Of a stretch of 64,000 bases of DNA, positions 28,040 through 41,409 are shown in pieces. The position numbers were made by a program, and so were the translations under genes. Within the stretch, counting starts at the first letter, position 1. Each line of letters opens with the position of its first letter. Location of the stretch: positions 159,154,001 through 159,218,000 of the forward strand of contig NC_042998.1 of the NCBI RefSeq assembly GCF_006345805.1. The letters are read 5' to 3'. The notes beneath the pieces are model-generated. The model was not told where the DNA came from. It saw only the letters and a list, made by a program, of their open reading frames with translations, and did not search any database. This DNA comes from Octopus sinensis (taxonomy: Eukaryota).

Positions 28040-28849
28040 GTAATAATAATAATAACAACAACATCAACGGTCATTTTGAAAAATATAATGTGTCCATTAT
28101 ACATAGTGGTCGAACACCCTCGAATTAACAGTAACAATAATATGTGAAGCACATTTCTAGCTTGGTTATCATTTTTAATCTTATTCACATCACTGAAGTT
28201 ACCAATTTATAAAATCTGATACCTCTTCCTGACACTAAGAAAGCTTCTATGCTGTCACTTGGCCTGGTAAAAATAGCAGTCACCTCTGCCACAAATCGCA
28301 CCCTACTGTTTTAAAAGAGTAAGTACACATTGGATAATATACTCCTAGGTGCACGCAACTTGAAAAACAAAGAATCAGAAACAGGATAGTCATAGCATGT
28401 GGCTCCTTTAATCATAGGACTGTCTACATAATTGGTGTAGTCCTTAGGCTATAAATAACGGAGAGGTCGAGTAAAGTAAGAAACGTATTATCATGAAGTG
28501 CCTTACTCAAACAGGCGGACAAACAGAAACACTTGCTGGTAGATGTGAATCCTTGACCTATTACCTGACACTTCAATGAAATTAATATAATGGACATACT
28601 TAAGCCATTTTGTTTCAACTCTAAATGACCATGCATACTTGATTTAGAGTACATGCGTACTGAAATTTGTTCTCTTCCCACCACCACTATGAGATCAGTC
28701 TCTATCACAAAGTGGAATTCATACGCTGTTTTATTTACTATTATTTTTATGTATTATTGTTATTATTCTTTCTGCTGTAAGTACAAGAGGAGGAATTTAG
28801 GGTGAGGACAAGCTAGTCATTTACATCGATCCTCTAGGGCCCAGTAACG

Positions 28850-29010
28850 TCCTAAAAATGTGAAAGTAGCTCCTCATGCCGCATTTGTGGAGAGCTCCCA
28901 GAGACAATTGACCATATAATCTCTGGCTGCAGCAGACTGGCACCAACAGTATACTTGCAAAAGCATGACAGGGTAGCTCGGTATATAACCTCCTTCACAT
29001 GGACAATGAA
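28850..29010 (+). pseudogene. Zinc-knuckle fragment of an RLE-type LINE
   Basis: SSCRICGELPETIDHIISGCSRLAPTVYLQKHDRVARYI. Confidence 0.7.
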
Positions 29011-29370
29011 TGAGAACACTAGGCCAAAGTTCGGGGTAGGGATAAGTCGGCTGCATCGACCCCAGTGCACAACTAGGACTATTTTCTCGACCCCAAAATC
29101 AGGAAAGGCAAAGTCGACTTCGGCGGATTTGAACTCAAAACGTAAAGTCAGAAGAAATGCTGCTAAGGAATTTGGCCAGCGTGCTAACGATTCTAACAGT
29201 TCGCTTGATGATGATGATGATGAGGAGGAGGAGGAGGAGGAGGAGGAGGGGGCGGATGACTTTTGAATTTGGCACAATGCCAGCAATTAGGAGGCGAGAT
29301 TTAATTGCATTGACCCAGAATCTGACCGATTCTGTATTTTATCGACCCGGAAATGAAAAATGGTAAGTTT
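29010..29370 (-). mobile_element. Two SINE family B copies
   Basis: Same motifs. Confidence 0.75.
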
Positions 29371-30029
29371 GCCCTTGCAGGATATAAGCTTTGCTACTAA
29401 GGAGCCGAAAGAAATACCGAGAAAAAAAATTGTTCTTTTCAGGGTAAGGTGTACTAGGAGCCACCTTATCCAATGTGTCAATATGACAAAGCGTGACTTG
29501 AAAAAGATTCAGTCTGCTATTTCTAGGTCTAAGGATTTCATTGGCCACCTTGAATATTTGGCATCCTCGTTTGGGAGACGCTGGCCGAGCAAAATGCAAA
29601 GGCAGTTTCTTCTATCTCTGATAAAAGAAGCCGAGGTTTTCACGTGAGCAATTTTAACCACTGCACCACTGCACCACATAGGAATGAAGGTTGGAATGAA
29701 TGTCATCCAACTAGTACAGCGACCTGCTTGCAATTCCACTCGATCTTACAGACTTTAATTCAGAACTTTTACTAGTTTTCAAAATACATGTTAGGCTTAT
29801 TCATCCCCAGCAGTTTCTAACCTACAACTTACTGCAAATTGAGTCAACAGGGAAGTCTCTAAAAGGTCCTCGATCTGCTAAGAATGGCAGTCAGTCTAGC
29901 GTAATTCATATGTTTTCATCTCAAACAAGAGTACGCTGAATAATATGATCTTTGGTGGTTCCCTCTAGATATAAGTGAAAAGAAAAAATTTATTTGACGT
30001 TACGGTAATGCGAGATTTATATTCTTTTC

Positions 30030-30498
30030 TCCTCTATGCACAAGGCCCGAAATTTTGGGGAGGGGGCCAGTCGATTAGATCGCCCCAAGTACACAACTGG
30101 TACTTTATTTATGGACCCCGAAAGGATGAAAGGCAAAGTCGACCTCGGTGGAATTTGAACTCAGACCGTTAAGACAGACGAAATACTGCTAAGCATTTCG
30201 CCGGGCCTAAATCCTTAAATCCTTTAAAATGTTCTAGCCCGAAGGCTGCGGCCATGCTGGGGCACCACTGTCTTTTTTATTGCCTACAAGGAGCTAAACA
30301 TAGAGGGGACAAACAAGGACAGACAAAATAATTAAGTCGATTACATCGACCCCAGTGCGTAACTGGTACTTAATTTATCGACCCCGAAAGGATGAAAGGC
30401 AAAGTCGACCTCGGCGGAATTTGAACTCAGAACGTAACGGCAGACGAAATACTGCTAAGCATTTCGCCCGGCGTGCTAACGTTTCTGCCAGCTCGCCG
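30030..30498 (-). mobile_element. Two SINE family B copies; the second (30280-30498) is well preserved
   Basis: gtcgattacatcgaccccagtgcgtaactggtac...cggcgtgctaacgtttctgccagctcgcc. Confidence 0.9.
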
Positions 30499-30519
30499 TC
30501 TTTACAATATTATATTCAC

Positions 30520-30790
30520 CAAATTATGTAGATGATGTAATTAAAATCAGTCATGCATTTATTCCCTATTGATTGCTCTCTGGGGTAACCCAATTCTCGT
30601 AACATTTTGGTATGAAGAGTCCACAGTTGCAGCAGTATTCTAGGCGTGCCAGTACAAAGGAGGAGAAAGGGTGAATGCTGATATGTAGCTCCCTGGAGGA
30701 AAAAGTTCTGAGAATCCAGAACCTCATGCTGCAAAGCATGTCGTCTTTATTGTTGCTGTGAGTGCTCCAACTGAAACAATTACTCAAACG
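30520..30790 (-). pseudogene. CR1/L2-group LINE RT C-terminal fragment
   Basis: FWILRTFSSRELHISIHPFSSFVLARLEYCC (compare GWILRTF...SLVLSRLDYCS). Confidence 0.6.
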
Positions 30791-31271
30791 TATCTGATGT
30801 TATTGGATGCTGTGAGGATATGCAGGTTTGTTATTTATATTATGTATATATCAGTTGTTGTTTTTTCGGAAGTTAGTAACTTAGTAGTTTATACATACAA
30901 CAGACACATATAACGTTTATTTTATTAAAGTTTTCATTTAACATACTAAACTGCAAAGTATGATCTAACACACAATATAACTTAATCATACGAAGACTAT
31001 TGTGAATGGCTTCGGCTTTTGGAACAAGGACAACAAGTATAGGGTGATAGTCGATTACACTGACCCCAGTACTTGACCGGCTTTTTGTCGCCCCTGAAAG
31101 ATTTGAAAGGTAAAGTTGACCTTAGCAGAATTTGAACTCAGAGCATGAGTCGGAAGAAATACTGCTATGTATTTTCTCCGACGTGCTATCGATTCTGCTA
31201 TTCCTCAGACTGAGTATATTATAAATAAAACTATATAATAGGTTATTAATACCACCGATAAATATATGCAT

Positions 31272-31659
31272 CGCACAGGGGTAGCTGTGTAATAAGAAGT
31301 TTAATCCCTGACTACACGGTTCCAGGATCAATTCTACTGCGTAGCACCCTTGGCCGGTTTCTTCTACTATAGCCTCGGACCAACCGAAGCCCTGTGAGTG
31401 GATTTCGCAGACGGAAACTGTTCGTTGTGTGTGTGTGTGTGTGTTGGGGGGTGTTTTTGTTTGTCCTCCACTACCACTTGGCAACCAATTTTGGTTTGTG
31501 TACATCCCAACAATCTCGCATTTCAGCAAAAAAGACCGATAGAATAACTACCAGACTTAAAATCTAAGTGCTAGTGTCGATTTATTTGACTAAAACCCTC
31601 CAAGGCGGTGCCCCAGTATGGCCGCAGTCCAATAGCTGAAACAAGTAAAAGATAAAAGA
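31272..31659 (+). mobile_element. SINE family A (diverged)
   Basis: Same modular layout. Confidence 0.85.
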
Positions 31660-32306
31660 ACACACTGAAATTTACATTTACACATGCACACAGAAAAGCA
31701 GAAATGCATTTTCACTTCAGGCAAATTCCGATTAATATTTTAACATTTTCTACAGAAAAAATAATCTTCTTTTAATTTCTTCAATCAATCCAGTTTACCA
31801 GCTGTTCGAATATCTAATATTCATGTCACACTTGACTTGTACACACTTGTGTACTGACTTGTACACACTTACCTATATTTAACCCATTATGACCAACCTG
31901 TTTTTACTTTCTGCTATTTATACATCTTTTATCTACCATCAGTCTTCTCCTAATAATCTATAGTACATTTATTTATGTGCAGGTTTTCATGTTTCATATA
32001 AGAAACGTTTACAAACATCGGGTCTTATTACATGAACGTCCAATGTGCCTACGCTGTAAATTATGACAGATGACAAAATTTGAGAAAAAAATTAAACAAA
32101 GTTCGTTTCAATCTTGAGAAGAATTTTACGGGTTAGAGGTTAGCAATAAGTGTGTGTCTGTGAGTAAAGTTTGTGTGAGACATACTTGAAAATTCTGGCT
32201 CTCTCAAGACAGAACGTTACCTCTCTTGATGAGAAGATCTGACTTGGATGGAAAGCAGTGGTTTTAACAGGCAGGAGAGAAAAAAGACCCGGAGACGCGC
32301 GTGCAA

Positions 32307-32355
<49 letters not shown>

Positions 32356-32359
32356 TTTT

Positions 32360-32560
32360 ACTTGTTACAGTTATTAGACTGCATCCATCTTTGGGCTACG
32401 CTTTAAATATTTTTAGTCGAATAGACCGACCACATTATTTATTTATATTTTAAGCCTAGTACTTATTCTACAGGACCCTTTTGCCGAACCGCTAAGTTGC
32501 GGAGACGGAAACACCTGTTGTCAAGCAGTGGTGGAGGACAAACACAGACAAAAGGACATA
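32360..32560 (-). mobile_element. SINE family A, 3' half
   Basis: ttttgccgaaccgctaag...ttgtcaagc segment. Confidence 0.75.
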
Positions 32561-32599
32561 CATACACCCCACCCCAGACACACATATATGCATGCATGC

Positions 32600-32651
<52 letters not shown>

Positions 32652-32906
32652 CAAATTGAGATAGGGGTTGTAAATGCAACCCTCCATGGGATAACATATA
32701 TCCAATATACTCCTAGTGAAGTACCCAACAAAGTTAATACATAAATGTTAATGATTGCAATGCAATCAATTCATTTACTGTATTATATGGGCAAAGGTAA
32801 AATGATTTACCACAAATTACTAATACAAGATAAGAAAATGGAGAAATACATCTAAATCAAATATCAAATATCAAATATCAATTACCAGATAATACTCAAA
32901 CACATA

Positions 32907-32978
<72 letters not shown>

Positions 32979-33189
32979 CAATAAGAAAATGGAAGGGATC
33001 AATAGGTGGTATTCATCAACTTTTAGACATTATGTTATGTTATTTCAATTTATTTATTAATTCACAAAAGGACAATTATAACAATAATAACAATATACAT
33101 ACATGCATAACATATTATGCTTTACATGTATAATATATAAAGATATCATTAATTATTAAAATATAACATACAGAAATAGAAATTGAGAT

Positions 33190-33313
33190 ATCTTACAGCT
33201 GTTTCAGCCAAGAGGGAAAAATACCTCACTTTACCTTTATCACTCCAGTGGACTGAAGTAATTAGTACATGAAATTGAGGTGCTTGGGTGTTTCTCTAGG
33301 CTTCGTCAGAGAT
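33190..33313 (-). ncRNA. Type I hammerhead ribozyme with a large helix II insertion (left arm of fold-back)
   Basis: Minus strand: atct-CTGACGA-agcctagag...(~80 nt)...ctcttggct-GAAA-C-AGCT-G-TA-agat. Helix I 4 bp, helix II 8 of 9 bp, palindromic loop III ACAGCTGT. Confidence 0.75.
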
Positions 33314-33343
33314 TTTTTTTAATTCTGCAATCAATAAAAAAAA

Positions 33344-33457
33344 ATCTCTCACGAAGCCTAGAGAAACACCTAAGTACCTCAATTTCTACTTCAGTCCACT
33401 GAAGTGATAAAGGTAGAATGAGGTATTTTTCCCTCTTAGCTGAAACAGCAGTAAGAT
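33344..33457 (+). ncRNA. Degenerate copy of the same hammerhead (right arm)
   Basis: atct-CTCACGA (G5 to C)-agcctagag...ctcttagct-GAAA-cagcag-TA-agat. Confidence 0.6.
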
Positions 33458-33843
33458 ATTATCCCAATTTCTCTTCCTATATGTTATATTTTACTAATTA
33501 ATGATATCTTCATATATTATATATGTAAAGCATAATATGTTATACCTGAATGTATTTTGTTATTATTATTATAATTATCCTTTTGTAAATTAATAAATAA
33601 ATTGACATAACATAATATGTCTAAAAGTTGATGAATACCACCTATTGATCCCCTCCATTTTCTTATTGCTCTATAAATTAATGATAAATTAACTTTTTAG
33701 CCTCACCCATTTATTACACTCGGTGATATAATTGCCATGCAATAAAAAAACATTGGTGTGTTAATAATCGGGTATTCTACCAGCAGTATATTGGATAGAT
33801 ATTATCCCTTAGTTGGTTGGTTTCACAACCTCTAACTTTCTTG

Positions 33844-33877
<34 letters not shown>

Positions 33878-35279
33878 GACGGGCTTCTTTCAGTGGGACT
33901 GAACCCGAAACCTCGTGGTAGGGATACAAACGTCTTGCAACACAGCTACACACACACACACATACATACATACATGCATGCATACATACATACATACATA
34001 CATACATACATACATACATACATGCATACACACATACACACATACACACATACATACATACATACATACATACATACATACATACATACATACATACATA
34101 CATACATACATACATACATACATACATACATACGTACGTATGTACCTGTGCATGTTCCTTTCTGTTTTTTCCTATTAGCATTTCTCCTTTGAATAAGGAA
34201 CTGGTTTCTAACAAAGAAACTAGCTCCTTCCTCGTTGGAATGTAGGTTATGAAAAGACTGTTACATTTTAAACCTGAGAAAAGTTTTGCATAGTTTTACT
34301 GTTCTGTTTGCAGATTGTATTTGTAATGTGTGAGTCAGTGGTTGATTTCTTTTTCTGAAAGTCCAAGCTTACAGACTGACAGTTAACGCATTTACACGTA
34401 TGTATGTATGTATGTATGTATGTATGTATGTATGTATGTATGTATGGATGGATGGATAGATGGATGGATGGATGGATGGATGGATAGATGGATGGAGGGA
34501 GGTACGTACTTATGTATGTATGTATGTATGTAAATATGTATATACACGCATCCAAGTGACAGGGGACACAGAGGAGAACGTAGGTAAATAATAGGTAAAT
34601 AACTTGACAGACAGACAGATAGAAAGACAGACAGACAGATAGATAGATAGATAAATAGATAGATAGATAGATAGAAAGAAAGAAAGAAAGAAAGAAAGGT
34701 GTGAAGAAACAGGGATAAAAGGAAATAGATGACTATAACAGGTGTGTGAGTGTGTGTGTGCGTGTGTGCGTGTTATACACACAAAGGAGCAGGCTAACAA
34801 ACACAGAGATAAAAGCCAGGCAGGCAATATAATTTATCTAGTGAATATTTATCTGCAGCTTTATTTATTTCCTGTCAGCACAAATGGAAGCTGATCTTTT
34901 ATGTAGTGAAATTATTAATGACAAATGTGAAGCATGTTCATACTTGCCTTGGATTTGTATTGACACAAATCAGTAATTTATAGCTGACCTGAATATTCAG
35001 AGTAATAGAGTCAAGCTGTTGGACTTAATACTTTATTACTTATAACAGACACAACTTAATGAATAGTTGTTTTCATTTTTGTTGATGTTGTTGATGTGGT
35101 GGTGGTGGTGGTATTAGTGGTGATGGTAGTGATGGTGGCAGTGGTGGAAGTTGTTTGGAGAGCGGGGAGGGTAATGGGTTTTTTGTTGTTGTTTATTTCC
35201 AAGTCATCCTTCATGGAGTAGACGTATGATTAAAAAGCGTTCCAGCGATAGTCAGCTCTATCTTTATTGAGACATAATA

Positions 35280-35560
35280 GCAGAGAATAGCAAGTCGTCG
35301 TCACTGGTGAACGAATATGGTTTCGTGACGTGTACAATGTCTTACTTGTCACCCCAACCCCACCCCGGCACCCTCACTCTTGACCCAGTCCTGAATATCG
35401 GATAAGTGAAGTGAGAGACGGCTATAACTGCACCATCACGCGTCTGATAGACATTATAGCAAAGAAGACCTAAGCAATGTAAAATGAAATTCTATGTTTA
35501 AGAACACAACGCGCTGAACTGACCAGGGATCGAATCAACGACCTTGCGATCACGGTGAGA
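35280..35560 (-). mobile_element. Third tRNA-derived SINE type (decayed)
   Basis: gggatcgaatcaacgaccttgcgatc (B-box reverse complement) and aagaacacaacgc. Confidence 0.5.
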
Positions 35561-38500
35561 TTTATTTTAAGGGTGATGTTCTGTGTAGGGTACGGAAAAT
35601 ACTCTTAATTGAATTTTTTCTCTATTTGAAGAAAGTAAACAAAAATTAAATTATCGTTAGAGACTCCCAGGATTAATTTCAAATATTTAAGAATCAATCT
35701 CTCAGAGTTTATTTATCTGACCTTTATTTATAGACAAGGTACAATGAAGGACATGCTTCACTCTATCAAACCTTACCAGCACAGTCAACTCATATAGTCA
35801 AACCATATAGTCAACTCAAGTCTGTTTGATTGGTTAATAAAGACTTTCTTGCACATAAAAAAAAAATTACAAATGACTTCTAACTAGTATGATTTGCATA
35901 AACGAGTTAGGAGAAATAATTCAATTGAAGCAATGGTATGAACTTAGATAAATTAGTTCCCGGTAAAATGTATTTAACAAGTATGTAAATAAATCTTAAT
36001 TGAAATTTCTCAGTTGAACAAAGCAATGAAAATAATTGTCGTAATTATTAGTGAGTGACTCATGGGGGAAAGAGGATATAAATTCATGAAATTAAGAATT
36101 AATCTTTAAAAGTCATATGATTAGAGCAAGGATAGACTCATTATTGTTTGCAAGCATGGGACAACAATGGACATGTAGTCTCAGGACAAATGATAATGGC
36201 CAAAAATTAATTGTAATTCGTTAGCTATTTCGAAAAATCTTTCTCATCTCATCAAACAAGCTTCCGAAGACTATATTAGCTAATGAAGTTTCATAGACTG
36301 AAATGTCTACATACTTGCAAACAAAATTAGGTTTTCACTTTGCCTAATCATGCAAATTAACTTGAAGAGATAAATTATTGATTTTTTTAAAAATCACCTC
36401 CCCCATCTATTGAGAACCGCTATTAATTACCGTTAGATTCTTGTATCCCTTCTCTAACTAGAAAGATCCATCACTACTTATCTACCTGAATGCATGACAT
36501 TGATTCATATTAGTTATTTCCTTTAACTCATTAAATTTTTTAATATAATTATGTAAATTATAAAATCATTTGCCAAAAATTACTTCTGATTCTTTTTCTA
36601 TGTGTAATTTCATTTTCTACATCACTCATTACTTAAACACAGATTGTTAAGCTTCTCTGACATAAGAGACCCTCAACTGAGACAGTAACAAATATCTGTT
36701 CTCACTCAGAGTATTATAGATTCACACTATTGGCAGGACATCTAAAACTTTTGCCAGACCTTTTGGTGGCTACGGCTTTGAATTCCAGAGGCTCAGTTTG
36801 CTAAAGACAAGTTTTGGTGTATAAATAAGCTACACATCACAATTCTACAAGCTCACGGCTGATTCAGAGAGACAAACAGAGCGAGAAGAAACGAAGCATC
36901 TGTTTCAAGTACGTGACTCGTACTTTATGCGTTGACCCCGGATGGATGACTTCAATAGGATTGGAACTCACCGCATTCTGCCCCGCACTCTGATAACTAC
37001 CAATTCATTACCTTCGCCTACTGAACCTGAGTCAATTTCAGTTATGAATAATATTACTTAATCCATGTCTATTGTTGTTGATGGTTTTGATGTTTTACCC
37101 AAGGTTAACCTGATTGTGCAGACGTAAATTCATATATACTCTACCCATGATTATCCTCTTTTGTCTTTTGTTTTAGTTTTTTTTTCTTTTGAACGGTACG
37201 ATGTGATCTGAGGCAAATTTGGCTGCTATTCTTAGCTAGCAAAGAGGTCAGGTAGAGGCTCCATCGTTGGTTTATTGACTCATATTCATTTTACTGATAT
37301 AAATATACCATTAACATCATCGTCGTCACTAACGTCCTGACAATATTCACGTTCCATGCTGACGTTGTTAGATGGTTCATTCATATAACATATTGCTACT
37401 CATCACATTTCATTGTTGTCTTGTCCACGACCGTGTTCTAACTTCACTGTTTCTCCCAACATTCATTGTTCATTTCGATTACAAATTCACAGAAGCACGT
37501 GGCATGTTTTCACCGCCACATTTCAACTGATATCTCAGATACCAGACCACATTATCAGTATATTAATTGCTAATTAATCGTAGAATGATTACTGGTGAGT
37601 TTGTCAGTTAATTGCCAGTTTTCTATGAAAAGAACATTAATCAGATTCACAGCAGAACCACTACATATATTTATCCCATTCGGCGTAAACCCCCGCACAG
37701 TAGGTATCATAGTATAGATTGAGATAGCCAATGAATGTTAAGTGTCTTTACTAGAGACATCGAACGTAGTGACGTGGTACAAACCGTTTGACTTTGCAAA
37801 TGACATCGCAACCAACTGCGCAACGCCTCAGTCAGACGGATAATCATTCTATTATAGGTAAAAGACTTGAAATTTTGTGGGTCGGGGTTAGTCGATTACA
37901 TAGACCTCAGTGCGGGACTAGTACTTTATTTTATTGACCCTGAAAGGATAAAAGGCAAAACTGACCTCGGCGGGATTTGAGCTTAGCACGTAAAGAGTTC
38001 AGAAGAAATGCCGCTAAGAATTTTACCCGAATCAGATGTATAATCGTAGTAAGAAATGAATGTTGAAAGATTTACGTTCACGGGAAGTTAACTGTTGTGT
38101 CATATTTGAAAATAATTCAAAATTTAGAATAGCTTAGTGATTTAGAGAATTAAATAACTTCTCTTCTAAACTGGATCATCGTTTAACAAAAGGAAAGTGT
38201 GTATCAAGTTCTGAACATTTTAAAAACGGACGGTTTTGTATCACAGAACAAAGAGAGGGTTTCAGGTGGAATTTTTTTTTTCTTTTGGGAAATAAATGGG
38301 TTAAACGTGCATTTGTTGTTCACAGCTGGACAGCCAATAAAGAAGCAGTGATATCAATATGTATTTTGTCACATATATTTACACATACACACACGCACAT
38401 ATATATACATGCCTACATGCATACATATACACATTCACGAGCACACATAATCCTCGAGAAATCTTTAAAGGAAATTCTTTAGTTCTCAATGCAAAAATTC

Positions 38501-39769
38501 AAGAGATTCAGAAGACAAAAGAAAAGGAAAAAATAACACGAACACAAAAAGAAACAAATAAAAATGCATTAACATTTTAAATTTCAAATGCAATTGAAAT
38601 GTTGCAGCAACATTATAAAGGTCACTGTTGCAATGTTGTTTGACTATGCGCCTGTGTGTGTGTGTGTGTGGTGTGTGTGTGTGTGTGTGTGTGTGCGCGT
38701 GTGTGTATGTGTGTGTGTGCGTGCGCGCGCGCGTGTGTGTGTATGTATGTGGGTGTGCGCGCGCGTGTGTATGTATGTATGGCAAAGGAGTAAAAATGAG
38801 TGTATAAACATGTACGTATGCATTATCATATAATTATGTATTTTTATACACAAGTGTTGTATAAATCTGTGCATATATGCATATCTGCTGTCATTATTCT
38901 ATTTCATATATTTCAAGAAATGTATAGAGATTACATTCATGTATGTGTGTATATGTATGTGTATGCGCCTCTATGTATGTATAAATGCGTGTGTATGTGT
39001 ATGAATAGGTAACAAGGAGTGAGTGGCTGGATGATTTGTAAATGTGTATATATATGCGTTCTCTTACATTTTATATGCTTCTGTATGCTTTATGTGTTAG
39101 CGGTATATGTTGCATGCACGTCTGTAATTCACAAGAAATAATTACAATATAAAAACATTTTTATACGCATGTCTATGCCTTTTCTGTTTATCTATGGATG
39201 TGCAAAAGTTGAGAGTAAATGAGCCTGTGTTTATGATACCAAATAAATTATGAATATGTGTGTTTTGTGTATGTGTGTCATATGGAGTATTATTGCTTTT
39301 AATAGATATGTGCTGATCTGGATTAACCATTTAGCAATGCAAGCACGTCTTTAACGAACCACAGAAGAGGGCTCTATACAGATTTTGCCCACTCCTCGAA
39401 ATTGCTGGCCTTGTGCTGAAATTAGAAACCAGTATTTTATCAGTTAGAGAAAGGAAGAATGGAGGATGGCACTATTCTTCGGCTTTCCTTAAATTAGTAG
39501 TTGGGTTACGTTTCTCCTTTGTTGTTGCTTAGGAACCAGCATTGGATGCTCGAGGTACGTTTAGATTCTTAACTAACAGAAAACCTATTTCATACCATAA
39601 GCACAGTCGTATATCGGCATGTACGTCCGATGTAATCATGTATGCAGGTGTGCATATATCTATGTCCGCATGTATGTGCAGGGAATGGATTTTGCCATCT
39701 TAGAGGCCTTCAATCTATACTAAAGATGATGATACTCCAACAATCCTGAGCCTGCGACCTGTATTGAAA

Positions 39770-40860
39770 CCAGATATATTGCCTTGAATTATCTCTTGGC
39801 CATGCCAATAGAATGGAAACAACCTATGAGGTGTTGTGCACACTTTATAGGATCTAAGATTCCGCACAAGCATTGCTGATTTCAGTCAGTGAGAGATAGT
39901 TTTCAGAATGTCTGAAGACTGACATGAAGACTTGGGTTATGAAATGAACTCTACAGCAGGAATTGAACAAGACTGTGTGCTCGCTCCAACACTGTTTTTA
40001 CTCTTATTACCAGTTGAAGTTGCATAAATACATAACATATCTGCTATTAACCTGTTTTATGGCCTTGGTCTTTGCTTTAGCTAAGACCAAGGTCACACAT
40101 ATGCTAGGGGAGAGAGAGAGGATATTTGCTGATGATTGTCCTTGTCCTGCATTGTACAGAAGAGACATAAAACTTAGTAGATGCATTTGATGACAATACC
40201 ACGCAATTTGCTTTAATTAGCATCAGAAAAAATGAAATATTCTGACACGAGCTAACGGGAACTACCCGAGTTCATCATTAACAAAATGTACAAGCAGACA
40301 AGAGCAATCCACTTTACTATGTTCTCAATAATAATCGTAAGGTTAGTAACAAACCAGATTACAGGATGCACAAAGTAGCTCAGCATTCCGGAAATATGCA
40401 AGAGCTACTGTGAAACAACAAACACGTGATAGTCCAAGCGGAGAGCATTGTTGCATACAATAGCATTATCCACACTCTTGTACGTTTCTGCGGCATAGAT
40501 GTTCAACAGATGCTCAACAGATAAAGGAAGTTCCTGTATGCACTGATGAAACAATTGTGACAGATCATTAACATAATTTGAAAGCAGATCAGGAACACCT
40601 CTACGTTAGAGTCAAGCAAATATTCTGGCATTGAAAAGTTATTTATGTAGGGAAAATTCCACTAACCTGAGCATGTTGAAATAATCGTCGAGGGAAAGCG
40701 ATTACCAAGACGAATGCTCTTCTTCACAATAGAGTAGATGTATGAAAACTTAGGCAAGATCCTGACTGAGATACAAGGGTGCGATTAGGTGTAAGATGGA
40801 AAGATGAAACGTTTGTGATCGCAGCTCAAGAAAAAAACGAGTGGAGTAGATGAGATCATT
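39770..40860 (+). pseudogene. Highly decayed RTE-clade reverse transcriptase fragment
   Basis: GIEQDCVLAPTLF (GVKQGCVLAPTLF-like) and IFADDC motifs. Confidence 0.65.
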
Positions 40861-40939
40861 TTCCTTCCTTATTACAATTTACAGTCATCGTCGACTTTCG
40901 ATGAAGATTCTATGACGATGATGATGACAATGACCTATG

Positions 40940-41369
40940 TATTGTTTATAGTGTGTGTGTTTGTGTATGACATATATGCGACCATGAATGTAGGGTTATT
41001 TTTGTATGTGTGTATGTATGATGTACATGTATATCTATTTAGCTATGTAATCTATTTATGTGTGCGTGCACGCTCACATGCTTTGTGTGTGTGTGTGTGT
41101 GTGTGTGTTGCATGCGTCTGCATATTCGTATGTATGTTCACATTATATGCTGATTGAATGTAAATTGCATGAATGGATTACTTTTGCTAAAGCATATTTA
41201 AACCTTTATGCATTCAGTTGTGTATAAACTTGTACGCGTGTGTGTGTATGTGTGTATGTGTGTGTGCGTGTGCGCATGCGTGTTTAAACATGTCTGTAAC
41301 ATAATTAGAAAATGTGTGGGCGGATACTTCTGTCTATGTATCTGTTTACGCATATATGTATGCACATTT

Positions 41370-41409
<40 letters not shown>

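Larger units (their letters stand above)
32975..33672. mobile_element. ~700-bp fold-back (head-to-head inverted duplication) of a non-coding HHR-containing unit resembling a PLE pLTR
   Basis: Left end agagcaataagaaaatgg is the reverse complement of right end ccattttcttattgctct. The arms match, with some substitutions and indels, up to a ~15-nt spacer near 33321-33335. Confidence 0.9.

Noticed and set aside
40542-40600. CTGATGA...GAAA inside the RTE fragment (and CTGATGAggagtGAAA at 44786)
   Set aside because: No helix I or II pairing; chance matches.
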